DNA from: Thermotoga sp. | GTDB lineage: Bacteria; Bipolaricaulota; Bipolaricaulia; Bipolaricaulales; Bipolaricaulaceae | Assembly: GCA_020724765.1 (NCBI GenBank) | Contig: DYGJ01000001.1 | Coordinates: forward strand, 1 to 47,650 | Direction: 5' to 3' | DNA length: 47,650 nt | In this document: piece after piece, positions 9,121 to 18,509 of the stretch | How positions within the stretch are numbered: position 1 is the stretch's first letter | How the letters are laid out: every line of letters begins with the position of its first letter | The notes under the pieces: model-generated | The model's input: only the letters and a program-made list of their open reading frames with translations | The model's database searches: none | What the model was told of the DNA's origin: nothing | Translations under genes and position numbers: made by a program

Positions 9121-9157
9121 GGCCTATCAACCATTGTGGCGATCGCCGCAGAACCCG

Positions 9158-9805
9158 TCAACTCGCGGACCGCACCAATTCGGGGATCGGTTGGAAGTGG
9201 TGGACCACGGTTCGCGCTGCTGCTGCCACCTCTGGCACCTTGGGGGCGTACGCGATCGCGTGCCCCACGGCCCTGAACACCGGGATGTCGTTCAGATGAT
9301 CCCCCACAAACGCGATCTGGTCGAGGGAGAGACCCAACCGGCTGGCCTGCTGCTCGACGACGCCGAGCTTGTCCGCCAGGCCCACCCGGACTACCGCCTC
9401 TCCGGTGAACCGCCCAGCGGCGGTGAGAAGTTCGTTGGCCACCGCGAACGAGAGGGCGAGATCCCTCCGCACCCACTCCGCAACGAGGCTCACCCCCGAG
9501 GAAACGATCCCCAGGATATAGCCAGCCCGACGGAGCTCGGTGAGCGCTTCCGGCACGCCGGGGGCATAGGGCGGCGGGAGCAACGCGGGCATGACGCGGG
9601 CAACCGGAACCCCGCGGAGGAGAGCTGCGTTCTCTCTCACCCAGTTCGGATACTCGTCCAGTCGCCCGCGGTAGCGATCGAGAAGCTCATCCCACAGCGG
9701 TCCCACTCCTGCAGCGGCCCCAAGCGCGCCCCAGGTCGACTCGAAGGCGACCCCATGGTAGCGAACGAGGGTTCCGTCGAGATCGAAGAAAACCGCGCGG
9801 ATCAC
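9158..9805 (-). CDS. HAD-IB family phosphatase (phosphoserine phosphatase-like)
   Basis: FFDLDGTL, IVSSG, conserved Lys and FVGDHLND HAD motifs; ANEL....GRFTG as in SerB. Confidence 0.85.
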   Translation of the reverse strand: MIRAVFFDLDGTLVRYHGVAFESTWGALGAAAGVGPLWDELLDRYRGRLDEYPNWVRENAALLRGVPVARVMPALLPPPYAPGVPEALTELRRAGYILGIVSSGVSLVAEWVRRDLALSFAVANELLTAAGRFTGEAVVRVGLADKLGVVEQQASRLGLSLDQIAFVGDHLNDIPVFRAVGHAIAYAPKVPEVAAAARTVVHHFQPIPELVRSAS

Positions 9806-11667
9806 GGACTAGAGATGAGCCTGATCTCCCGTCCTAGTCCGTGCTCAGCGAGCACCCCTGCTGGAACCTCAAGCGCCATTGTGAACGGATCAGCTGCCCC
9901 GTACAGGTCCTTCGAGTCTGCCTCCATCGTGTTCCGACCAAGGAATGCTCCATCAACAGCGAAAAACACGATGTCAAGCGGAAGAAAAACATTCTTCATG
10001 TGGAACTGGCTGGGCACTGGCTCCTCGAACACGAACAGGATGGAAAGGTCCTTTCCCATCTCGACGGGAATCCCCTGGAACCCGATGAACCGCTCGTGGG
10101 GAAGAGCAGCCACACGTGCGGAAAGACTCACCCGCTTCCCAGAAGCATCCTCCAAGGTCAGCACCCGGTCATGCATAGTTCCCACGACACCCGGGAGGCC
10201 TGGGTAGAAACCGCGATCCATGAGCGGAGCCGGATCCTGACCTCCTCCGCCAAACGGGATCGGAAGATCACCGATTCCATCACCATCGGCGTCTCTGCCC
10301 GCGTAGTCGGAATACCAGTTGCCTCGACCGTAGGGCGCCCACGTGTTCTTACCCAGATCACGCGCAGCTCGACTGTGCCCCCACAGGAGGTTCTCGTAGA
10401 TCTGGGTCCCGGTGGTCTCGGTCCCAAAGTACAGGCTATCTGTACAGCGGTAGAGCACATTGTGGCGGACAACGTTGTCGGTGGGGGTGGCTTGAGAGTA
10501 GGCCTCTTCGAAGATGATCCCGATGTTCGCCCGCGCGATGAGGTTTCGCTCGTAGAGCCCGTACGAAGCGACAGAGGAGATCCCATATCCCACTTGCACC
10601 ATGGACGAGTAGGCCACCCGGGGGTGGCTCGCCCCGCCCTCGATGAACACGGCAACATCGGACTCGGTAAATGCACACAGCTCGACCACGGCCCCGCGCG
10701 ACGTCTCAATCTCGACCCCGTGGCGGTTTTGGTAGAACAGACCCTGTTGGATCAACGTATCCTGCGCTCCCCCTGTGATGCGGACTCCCACCGGGTTCGC
10801 AGCGAAAACGTTGTTCCTGATGACCACGCCATCGGAGCCATTCACCACGATCCCCTCGATCTGGTTGGCGTACACCCCGCAGTTCTCGATGTGCACACCA
10901 TCCGAGAGCAGTACGGAGATACCAGCCTGAACACAGTTCGCGATTCGTGGCGAGTCAACGACCACCGTGTCCGGCGAGGAGAAGATGAGAATGCCGTTGC
11001 CCTGAGCACGAGAGATGTCAGCATTTTCGATCCGCACACCCTCCGAGAGGACGACCATGATCCCATCCCCTCGGTCGATCTTCGCCCCGCGCAGGGTCAC
11101 GTCGCGGCATGCAGCGAGCATGATGTAACCTGCGGCGACGTCCTCGAGGGTCTGATTGGAAAGACCGTAGTAGTAACGGACTTCCTGGCCGTTTACCGTG
11201 TTGGTGGGTTCCACAGCGTGTCGAAAATGCTCTTTCTCCAGACCCAGGACCTGGAGCCCAATCCCTCGCACGCCGAGGAAGTTGTCTCGCACCGTGATGT
11301 CCCGCGACGTTCGGATGAGCATCCCGTTAATGCTGTCTGTAACCGTACAATCCTCAATCGTTCCCCCGCTCGTATTGGCAAGGTAGATCGCCGCACCGCG
11401 GGTGTCCATCGCTCCGGTTACCATGCACCCGCGAACGACGAACGAGGCTGTGGTGCCCTCAATGCGGATCCCATAGAGATCCCCTGAGGACACACGGACC
11501 TGCCAGCCTACGATCAGATAGGGATCACCCGGCGTGCCCGTCCCTCCGATCACCCCGTTCTCGGCAGTGAAGTCAGCATCGCTGAGAATGACAATGGGGC
11601 CGCGCTCCGCGGCGACACCCATAGCAAAGACTAAACCCACCAACAGAACCCCGATTGCCCTACGCAT
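9802..11667 (-). CDS. Exported right-handed beta-helix (NosD/CASH-like) protein fused to a C-terminal DUF192 domain
   Basis: Signal peptide, GTGTPGDPY.I, repeated N..GI.I rungs, GNWYSDY.G.DADGDGIGD.P; C-terminal LFVF....FHMKNVFLPLDIVF...ALEVPAG is DUF192. Confidence 0.8.
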   Translation of the reverse strand: MRRAIGVLLVGLVFAMGVAAERGPIVILSDADFTAENGVIGGTGTPGDPYLIVGWQVRVSSGDLYGIRIEGTTASFVVRGCMVTGAMDTRGAAIYLANTSGGTIEDCTVTDSINGMLIRTSRDITVRDNFLGVRGIGLQVLGLEKEHFRHAVEPTNTVNGQEVRYYYGLSNQTLEDVAAGYIMLAACRDVTLRGAKIDRGDGIMVVLSEGVRIENADISRAQGNGILIFSSPDTVVVDSPRIANCVQAGISVLLSDGVHIENCGVYANQIEGIVVNGSDGVVIRNNVFAANPVGVRITGGAQDTLIQQGLFYQNRHGVEIETSRGAVVELCAFTESDVAVFIEGGASHPRVAYSSMVQVGYGISSVASYGLYERNLIARANIGIIFEEAYSQATPTDNVVRHNVLYRCTDSLYFGTETTGTQIYENLLWGHSRAARDLGKNTWAPYGRGNWYSDYAGRDADGDGIGDLPIPFGGGGQDPAPLMDRGFYPGLPGVVGTMHDRVLTLEDASGKRVSLSARVAALPHERFIGFQGIPVEMGKDLSILFVFEEPVPSQFHMKNVFLPLDIVFFAVDGAFLGRNTMEADSKDLYGAADPFTMALEVPAGVLAEHGLGREIRLISSP

Positions 11668-11745
11668 CGTGCCTCCTTATCCTTGGGAGAGGATAGCGAT
11701 TGTGCGAAGACTAAGCAACCGATGTGGATCTTTGGAGGAGGGGAG

Positions 11746-12507
11746 ATGGATCTCCACCGAATGAGTTGGGTTGAAGCAAGAGAGGCACTGCACACAGCGC
11801 GAGTCGGACTCCTGCCCGTGGGGTCCACCGAGCAACACGGGCCGCACCTCCCGTTGGGAACGGACCACCTCACCGCAGCCGAGGTGGCGAGGAGGGCGAG
11901 CACCCGAGGCGGGTGGATCGTGCTTCCTACCGTTCCGGTTGGAGTTTCCGAGCATCATCGCCAGTTCTGGGGAACGCTGTGGGTGGAACCGAGCGTTTTT
12001 CGGGACTACGTGGTGGGGATCGCGCGGTCTCTTGCTAGCCACGGGGTTCGACGGCTGGTGCTCGTGAATGGGCACGGAGGCAACACCGCAGCCCTCGACG
12101 AAGCTGCTCGGAAGCTGCGCCGTGAGAATATCTTCAGCTATGTGTTCTCGTGGTGGCGGACGATTCCCGAGGTGATCGCGGAGACCATCGACGTCGGCGG
12201 GTCTCACGCCGGTGAGCTGGAGACTTCAGCCGTGCTTGCCTTCGCTCGTGAGTTGGTCGTTTCAGATCGCTACTCCGACGCAGCCGCCGCATCGGCTCCG
12301 GAGTGGGGGAAGCGCCTCCACGGGGTTGAGGTCGGGTTCGACACCCGCGACTTCTCCCCCAACGGGGCAGTGGGTGATCCGTCTCGCGCCACAGAAGACA
12401 AAGGCCAGAAGGTGCTGACGGCAGCCGCAGAACGGCTGGACGCCTTCTGTCGGTGGCTGGCCGAAGAACCAGAGGAGAACCTCCGAGCCCAACCGCACAT
12501 ATCCTGA
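11746..12507 (+). CDS. Creatininase / creatinine amidohydrolase family protein
   Basis: LPVGSTEQHGPHLPLGTD, NGHGGN, HAGELETS, GAVGDP; GGAGGAGG SD before ATG 11746. Confidence 0.9.
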   Translation: MDLHRMSWVEAREALHTARVGLLPVGSTEQHGPHLPLGTDHLTAAEVARRASTRGGWIVLPTVPVGVSEHHRQFWGTLWVEPSVFRDYVVGIARSLASHGVRRLVLVNGHGGNTAALDEAARKLRRENIFSYVFSWWRTIPEVIAETIDVGGSHAGELETSAVLAFARELVVSDRYSDAAAASAPEWGKRLHGVEVGFDTRDFSPNGAVGDPSRATEDKGQKVLTAAAERLDAFCRWLAEEPEENLRAQPHIS

Positions 12508-12597
12508 CAGAAGGCTTCGAAGTCGGAGCCCGCTGCTCCAGGAGGGCGGGGTACAGACGGCCGTGTCCGAAGCTCAGTACGGGGCGCGCGGGGGCAC

Positions 12598-14424
12598 CTA
12601 GAACCAGATTTTGCAGCCCAGGTCAAACCATTCGAGGGGTTCGGCCTTGACGAAGTTCCACTGCCCCCTTATGAACGCTGTGACGTTGGGGGACACGGGC
12701 ACATCGAGCTTGAGCCGGATCCGCTGCAGGCCAAACAGGATCCCTTTCGTCACGAACCACAGCTCCGCGCTCCACGAGACCGCGCCCCCGCAGCAGCCCG
12801 GCCCGGTGGAGGTGATCCCCGCGTACTCGAACTCGTGCGCGTAGAACGTGACGTCGGTCATGCTTTCCACTGCGTCCGGGTCGAGCGCGGTCACGAGCCG
12901 CAGCTTCCCGCGGTCAAGCGCGCAGGTGATCCCCCATCCGTACAGCGCGAGTCCAGAGAAGCCGTGGTCGGTCCAGATCACATCTCCGTACACCATGATG
13001 CACCCCGAGATCCGTGGCCACCGCCCCGCAAGCGAAACGGTCTTGGTCTCGAGTGTTAACACGACTCCAATCTCCGCAACCAGATCGCAGCACGCAAGAG
13101 AGACGGATCTCATCTCAAGAGCGAGGCGTTCGGGGCCGCGACACGCGGAAAGAGTGACACTGGCATCGAGGACCAGGCCGCAGCAGAACGCCGGGAGGCC
13201 TGTAGCCACAGCCGTGACCCGGCCCAGCCCGAAGCCGGTGCAACAGTCCCACAAGTCCACGGTGATCGTGAACGGGTCCCAGCGGAGGTAGAGCCGTTGG
13301 TTGATGAACACCCCCGGAAGGAGGTTCGCGGTACAGCATGGCTCATCCCGAGTCGCGATGAGGTCAGCAGGCAGGATCACGGCCACACCACCCGTTACCG
13401 TAACCTTCCCGTAGACACACACCTCTCTGCTGTACGAAGAACTGGCGGTAGGCCATCCCGGGTGATTGGGCAAGATGACCTCCACCCTGTTCTCCACCGT
13501 CGCGCCGCCCCCGATGCGCACGCGGTAGTGGTCTTCATGCCCGTGGTACTTGGCAGGCCCCGTGATGCTGACCACCGGTCCTTGGACCCAGACCATTTCG
13601 CCATCCTGAAGATGGGCGTTGAACCAGCGCGTCACGCTCCCCGGACAGCTCAGAGCGGTGGGATACCCACAACACCCTCCAGAAGAGAGATTCGATGGAG
13701 ACGAGACCGCCACTTCCGCTACCGAATACCCTCCATCTCGCGGCCCACCGGAGGTCCACCGATACCCCTTGATCGTCCCTTGCACACAGACCGCCTTGCC
13801 CACCCACGATTCCCAGAACCTCGCACCGAACGCTTCCTCGAACTTGGGAAGGTTCGACGCCGAGATGTGCACGTCGAACCGATCGGGATCCGAAGAGGGT
13901 CGGCCGACGTAGAGCCTCAGGGGGCCGGTGTGTTCGTAGCCGACGACCGGCCCCTGTACATACAGCACGCGGCCGATGTGCCGCCACGCTTCGTACCAGA
14001 AAACCGTGTTTGAGCACGGCCACGGGCCGAACTTATCCCTGTCAGAGGAGGTGTACTCGCCCAACGCCGACCAATGGTTCACGGTCAGTCGCATCAGTCC
14101 CCCGTTGTGTTTCATCTCAGCGCTGATCCACGCTTTGCGGTACCGGACGTCCTGAGCGTGAAAGGAGACCCTCCCTCCTAGGTTGAACTGGCCAAAGGTT
14201 CCCGACAGATAGAAACTCTGGTAGCGGAGACCATCGTGGTAGAACGTAGATTCGCTCTCGACGCGGAGCCCAGCGATCGTCCCCTTGAGGGTGAGTTCGC
14301 TTTCCTGGATCCCGACGGTTGGCAGAACCCGCAGTGTTGAGTTGAAGTTTCCAGAAACGTGGGGCTGAGCCCACCCGAGAGGGGCGAAGAACACCGCCAA
14401 CGCCATCCATCGCCAGTGCGCCAT
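12598..14424 (-). CDS. Cys-rich exported beta-barrel-like protein with two inserted OB-fold-like domains
   Basis: Signal peptide, amphipathic beta-strand pattern, six CC pairs, terminal Phe (FDLGCKIWF); aligns by eye with 14585..15811. Start set by GGAG SD. Confidence 0.6.
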   Translation of the reverse strand: MAHWRWMALAVFFAPLGWAQPHVSGNFNSTLRVLPTVGIQESELTLKGTIAGLRVESESTFYHDGLRYQSFYLSGTFGQFNLGGRVSFHAQDVRYRKAWISAEMKHNGGLMRLTVNHWSALGEYTSSDRDKFGPWPCSNTVFWYEAWRHIGRVLYVQGPVVGYEHTGPLRLYVGRPSSDPDRFDVHISASNLPKFEEAFGARFWESWVGKAVCVQGTIKGYRWTSGGPRDGGYSVAEVAVSSPSNLSSGGCCGYPTALSCPGSVTRWFNAHLQDGEMVWVQGPVVSITGPAKYHGHEDHYRVRIGGGATVENRVEVILPNHPGWPTASSSYSREVCVYGKVTVTGGVAVILPADLIATRDEPCCTANLLPGVFINQRLYLRWDPFTITVDLWDCCTGFGLGRVTAVATGLPAFCCGLVLDASVTLSACRGPERLALEMRSVSLACCDLVAEIGVVLTLETKTVSLAGRWPRISGCIMVYGDVIWTDHGFSGLALYGWGITCALDRGKLRLVTALDPDAVESMTDVTFYAHEFEYAGITSTGPGCCGGAVSWSAELWFVTKGILFGLQRIRLKLDVPVSPNVTAFIRGQWNFVKAEPLEWFDLGCKIWF

Positions 14425-14505
14425 GGCCTCTCCGTGGCGGGAGAAGGACAATGGTTGCTACCGCACAAGTTCATCGGGTACCCTGATGCTCCACCGCCGT
14501 AAAGT

Positions 14506-14511
14506 ATTATA
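14506..14511 (-). promoter_or_regulatory. -10 element upstream of 12598..14424
   Basis: Perfect TATAAT on the minus strand in an AT-rich intergenic patch; -35 is poor. Confidence 0.5.
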
Positions 14512-14584
14512 CATCATAACTACAAACCCGTCCCACGTTGTGAGGCGGGTCTCTCTCCCTGAGCCCTCGGGCAGAAGATTCTTG

Positions 14585-15811
14585 CTAGAACCGGAAGACC
14601 CAACCCACAGATAGAGTCGTCGGGGCACCGATCGCCGACACCCCGAACGAGAGGTACACCGTGAAGTTGGCAAGGAGCGGTGCCCCCAACTTCGCGCTGA
14701 ATCTGCTGAACCCGAACAGACTCCCCGAAGGCTGGAAGTAAAGCGCTATGTCCACCGTGTACATCCCACCGCAACATCCAGGGCCGCAAAACCCTAGTTT
14801 AACGTACTCGAATTCGTCACCTAGAAACAGGTCGACGTCCCCCAGAATCTCTTCAACCTTATCCACGTCGAGCGCTGTCAGAAGTTCCACGTATGAACAG
14901 GAGCTGAAGTCACAGCGGAGCTTGTAGCCGTAGATTGCCAAGCCCTGGATGACCATCATCACGTCATCCCACAACACATCGCCGTAGAGTTCGAAGCAGA
15001 CCTGTCCGCCGCCAAACCACTTCGGTTTGACGGAGAACGACTTGGTGTCCACCGTGTACGTGATCGAGGATTCGAGGAAGATCCCGCAACAGAGGGGGAG
15101 GTCAAGCGTGAATTCCAGGTAGACGAATCCAAGCTTTGTGAAGTAGACCTCGATGTTGTGGGTGATCCCGCAGCACAGGGACGCACCGGAAACTGTAAGT
15201 GTCACATCCTTGAACGAAAGCCCTGTGCAGCAGTCGGCAAACCGAGCAACGAGGGTCGTCGGCGCGGCGGCCACAATGAGCGACAGGAGGGTATAGGTCT
15301 GTGTCTGAGGAGGGCAACACGGCCAGCGATAGTCTTCGATGCTCTTCAAATCTGCAGGATCTTTGGTGTAAGGGTACGCCCAGTGGTTCAGTTTCACTCC
15401 GATCTCCACGCCCAGGAAACTGAGTTTTGTCAGAAACCACGCCGACTTGTAGGCCGGAGCCGTGAGTATCACGGGCTCTGTAGACGGAGTACAACCCGGT
15501 GGATAGGTCACCGTTACCGTACTGGTATCTTGGGGATTGAACTCGATCCCCCCTGTCATGGAGAGCGGGCCGAACGTCCCCAGGATCCCGAATGCCTGCG
15601 CGGTGAGCCCCAGGGTGCCGAATGTGGAGGTGCTCGTGATCTGCCATCCCTCAGCCACAGTGTACGCCAGTGTTAGCACGCACGTTTCCAGGGTCACTCC
15701 AGGTGGAGAAGGAAGGATAAGAAGGCTGGCCTCCCAGCTTCCACTCAGTTGGGCTATGGAAGGCAAAGTCATCGCGAGCGTACACACCAGCGCAATCCCC
15801 AGACGTTTCAT
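14585..15811 (-). CDS. Cys-rich exported beta-barrel-like protein (paralog of 12598..14424)
   Basis: AGGAGG SD, signal peptide, alternating beta-strand pattern, five CC pairs, ends LSVGWVFRF (beta-signal-like). Confidence 0.65.
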   Translation of the reverse strand: MKRLGIALVCTLAMTLPSIAQLSGSWEASLLILPSPPGVTLETCVLTLAYTVAEGWQITSTSTFGTLGLTAQAFGILGTFGPLSMTGGIEFNPQDTSTVTVTYPPGCTPSTEPVILTAPAYKSAWFLTKLSFLGVEIGVKLNHWAYPYTKDPADLKSIEDYRWPCCPPQTQTYTLLSLIVAAAPTTLVARFADCCTGLSFKDVTLTVSGASLCCGITHNIEVYFTKLGFVYLEFTLDLPLCCGIFLESSITYTVDTKSFSVKPKWFGGGQVCFELYGDVLWDDVMMVIQGLAIYGYKLRCDFSSCSYVELLTALDVDKVEEILGDVDLFLGDEFEYVKLGFCGPGCCGGMYTVDIALYFQPSGSLFGFSRFSAKLGAPLLANFTVYLSFGVSAIGAPTTLSVGWVFRF

Positions 15812-15824
15812 CGGCGGACCTCCT

Positions 15825-16655
15825 TCATATCTGTTGCCGATCCTGTGTATCCCCTCGCCCGTCGCTGGCAGAGGTAGGAGGTCCGCGAGAGAGCGGAACC
15901 TGGTGTGTGATGGCCGTTACGGTGCAGCGCCGTCCCGGTCTACCATGTCCTCGCGGACCATCCCGAAGCGGCGGACACAGTCCTTCACAGTCCCTCCAGA
16001 TCGCCTTCCGCGTACAGCTCGCGGACGTAGTAGAGGTGCCCGGAGATCCGTACGTAGATAGGAGGTCTGCTTCGGTACGACCTGAGAGGTGAGCCAGCGC
16101 GCCGATGCGCCGGAACGCGTCCCCCATTGCCAGGTGCACCAGGCCGTGTCACGAGACCACCGCTTCCTCGTACACCATTTCCCTCTTCTGCTCGATCCCG
16201 AGGAAGTAGCGGTGGACAGCGATGTAGTGGCGGAGGACCTTGCACTCCCAAGCTCGGCGAACAGGGTGCTCTGGCCTGGGAGGAAATGATTACGGTGGGT
16301 CTGCAATAAGAACGCTGTGCGCTCGACTTTGACGAGAGTATTCGTGGGAGTGTCGACCGCCGAGATAGCCATCGAGGGCACGAACTCCATCACCCCGGCG
16401 TCCACCAACTGCGCCCGAATGCGCCGAGCGGCTGTCACCCGATGGTGGCCATCCTCGACAAAGCAGGCTCCTCCGATCTTGTACAGCTGACTTGACCGGA
16501 GGAAGGATCTTGCCCATCTGCCACGCGGCCCTCCACGTTTGTGCCACCTTGAGGTACTCCAGGTAGTCGTAGGGGAGGTCCCCGTAAGGCAGGGTTAGAT
16601 CAAGCTTACCGAACCGTTTCCCGAGAGGCCTGCTCAAAGGCAGAGCTGACCTCAT
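15825..16655 (-). pseudogene. Degraded ParB/Srx-like plus DUF4032-like gene
   Basis: Joining frames gives LPPV/LYKIGGACFVEDGHHRVTAAR...HYIAVHRYFLGIEQKREMVYEEAVVS*H...GRTEADL/YVRISGHLYY; frameshifts near 16490, 16245 and 16060 and an in-frame TGA at 16149-16151. Confidence 0.72.
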
Positions 16656-16682
16656 CGCTCACAACGAGGAGCCTTCTCTCTC

Positions 16683-18509
16683 CTACACAAGGTCCTCCAG
16701 TCCCAACGACCTCAGCTCCTCTGCGCACAGGCCGTTCTTTGTCCATCCTCGTCGCCGGCGGTACGCCTCGGTCTCGGCCCGGAAAGCGTCTCGCTCGATC
16801 GCTCTCCCCGCCGATGCACCGCGGGGGAGCGGCTCGTGGAACCGCGCGGGGAGCCGGTCCTCCTCCGGCCCGTACCCAACACGGCCCGCATAGAGGCGCA
16901 GGAGGGCGAGGTTACGCTCTCCCACAGCGAGCATGTCCTCCGGAGCGAGCTCGACCCCAGTGGCGTATGCCAGAAGCTCCCGGATGAGGGGATAGTTGTA
17001 ACGGGGGCCGACATCCCGCGTCACGAATGAGCACAGGACGAGCGAGTTCGCGAACGAGCGCAGGTTCTCATAGACCACCACAGTGTTCGCCTTCCCAGCC
17101 AGGGAGAAACGGTCCATCCGCTCGGTGATCCCCAGCTCCGGCGTAGGGGAATCGGTTTCAAGCATGGTATCGTGCATCCCCTCCATGTGGTTCGCTCCCC
17201 GCGAACTCAAAGCATAGGAGAGGCCGAGACCGACCTTTCCCCGCGGCTCGTGCATCGGGACCTCGACCCCCTTCACCTCCATCGCGAAGTCGGCTCCGAC
17301 CTTCTGAGCCCACGGAGCAAGACCAGCGGCGAGCTCATCTCCGAGGCCCTCCCGGCGGGCGATTCTCTCCACCCAGGTTACGATCGCCCCACCGTCTCCC
17401 CACGAAACGCGCTCCGTGACAAGCCTCTTCTCGGAGGCCTCCATGAGGGCGGCGATCGCGATCCCGACCGAGATCGTGTCCACGCCGTACGCGTTGCAGA
17501 GCTGGTTCGCGAGGGCGATCGCGGGGAGGTTGGAACAGAGGCACAGAGATCCGAGTGCGGCGAGGGTCTCGTACTCCGGGCCGCCGTACAGGGGACGAAC
17601 AGCTTGCCCCCCGAACTCGGTCTCCACAATACGCTTGCAGCGCACCGGGCACCCAGCACAGGTCTCACGGCCGACGAGGATCGTCTCCTTCATCCGCTCC
17701 CCGCCGATGTCCGCCGTGTGATCGAACACGCCGTCCTGGAAGTTCTTCGTGGGGAGGATCCCCATCTCGGAGAGCCACGTCAGGCCGCGGGCGGTGCCGT
17801 ACTCCCCGAACCGCTGCATCCCCTCGTCCATAAGCTCCTTCGCAAACTGGGACCGCGCGCGGACGAACCCGGACCGGTTGGCAAGCGGTTTCTCCTGATG
17901 GCCCTTCACCGCGACCGCCTTGAGGCGCTTGGCTCCCATCACCGCGCCGAGGCCGGGCCGGCCAGCGGCCCGGTTCACGTCGTGGATGATGCACGCCTGG
18001 GACACGAGCTTCTCCCCCGCCGGGCCGATTCCGGCCACCCTCACACCGGGGTGGCGGACCTTGAGGACCTCGTCCACGTCGCCTGTAAGCTTCCCCCACA
18101 GGTCGCCCGCGTCTCGGATCTCGGCCCGGCCATCGGCGACGAGGAGGTACACCGGATCTTGAGCCTGGCCGCGGACGATGATCCCGTCGTAGCCGGACCG
18201 CCCCAGTTCGTGACCGACGTAGCCGCCCACGTAGGAGTCAGCGATGGATCCCGTTTTGGGGGACACAGCCATCACGACGTGCCGGCCCGCGCCCGCGAGC
18301 CCCGTGCCCTGAAACGGACCGGTGGCCCAGACGAGGGCGTTCGTCGGCGCCAGGGCATCCGTGCCCGGGGGAACGAGATCGAGGAGGAGCCGCGCCGCGA
18401 TCCCCCTCCCTCCGAGGTGGAGTTCGTACCATCGGGAGGGGATCTCCCGCTCCCGCACGGTCGCAGTTGAGAGGTCCACGTCCAGATACCGTCCGCACGT
18501 TCCGTTCAC
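16683..18509 (-). CDS. aor: Aldehyde:ferredoxin oxidoreductase (tungstopterin AOR family)
   Basis: LGGRG, SPKTG, IGPAGE, AAGRPGLGAVMGAKRLKA, CAGCPVRC, GPEYET, DTIS and LVLC motifs. Confidence 0.92.
   Translation of the reverse strand: MNGTCGRYLDVDLSTATVREREIPSRWYELHLGGRGIAARLLLDLVPPGTDALAPTNALVWATGPFQGTGLAGAGRHVVMAVSPKTGSIADSYVGGYVGHELGRSGYDGIIVRGQAQDPVYLLVADGRAEIRDAGDLWGKLTGDVDEVLKVRHPGVRVAGIGPAGEKLVSQACIIHDVNRAAGRPGLGAVMGAKRLKAVAVKGHQEKPLANRSGFVRARSQFAKELMDEGMQRFGEYGTARGLTWLSEMGILPTKNFQDGVFDHTADIGGERMKETILVGRETCAGCPVRCKRIVETEFGGQAVRPLYGGPEYETLAALGSLCLCSNLPAIALANQLCNAYGVDTISVGIAIAALMEASEKRLVTERVSWGDGGAIVTWVERIARREGLGDELAAGLAPWAQKVGADFAMEVKGVEVPMHEPRGKVGLGLSYALSSRGANHMEGMHDTMLETDSPTPELGITERMDRFSLAGKANTVVVYENLRSFANSLVLCSFVTRDVGPRYNYPLIRELLAYATGVELAPEDMLAVGERNLALLRLYAGRVGYGPEEDRLPARFHEPLPRGASAGRAIERDAFRAETEAYRRRRGWTKNGLCAEELRSLGLEDLV

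Noticed and set aside
11746-12507. Mycofactocin (MftE) or other RiPP locus
   Set aside because: No precursor peptide, radical SAM or chaperone gene nearby.
14452-14584. Riboswitch or small RNA in the AT-rich spacer between the barrel genes
   Set aside because: No recognisable aptamer consensus on the coding strand; a simple -10 promoter explains the composition.
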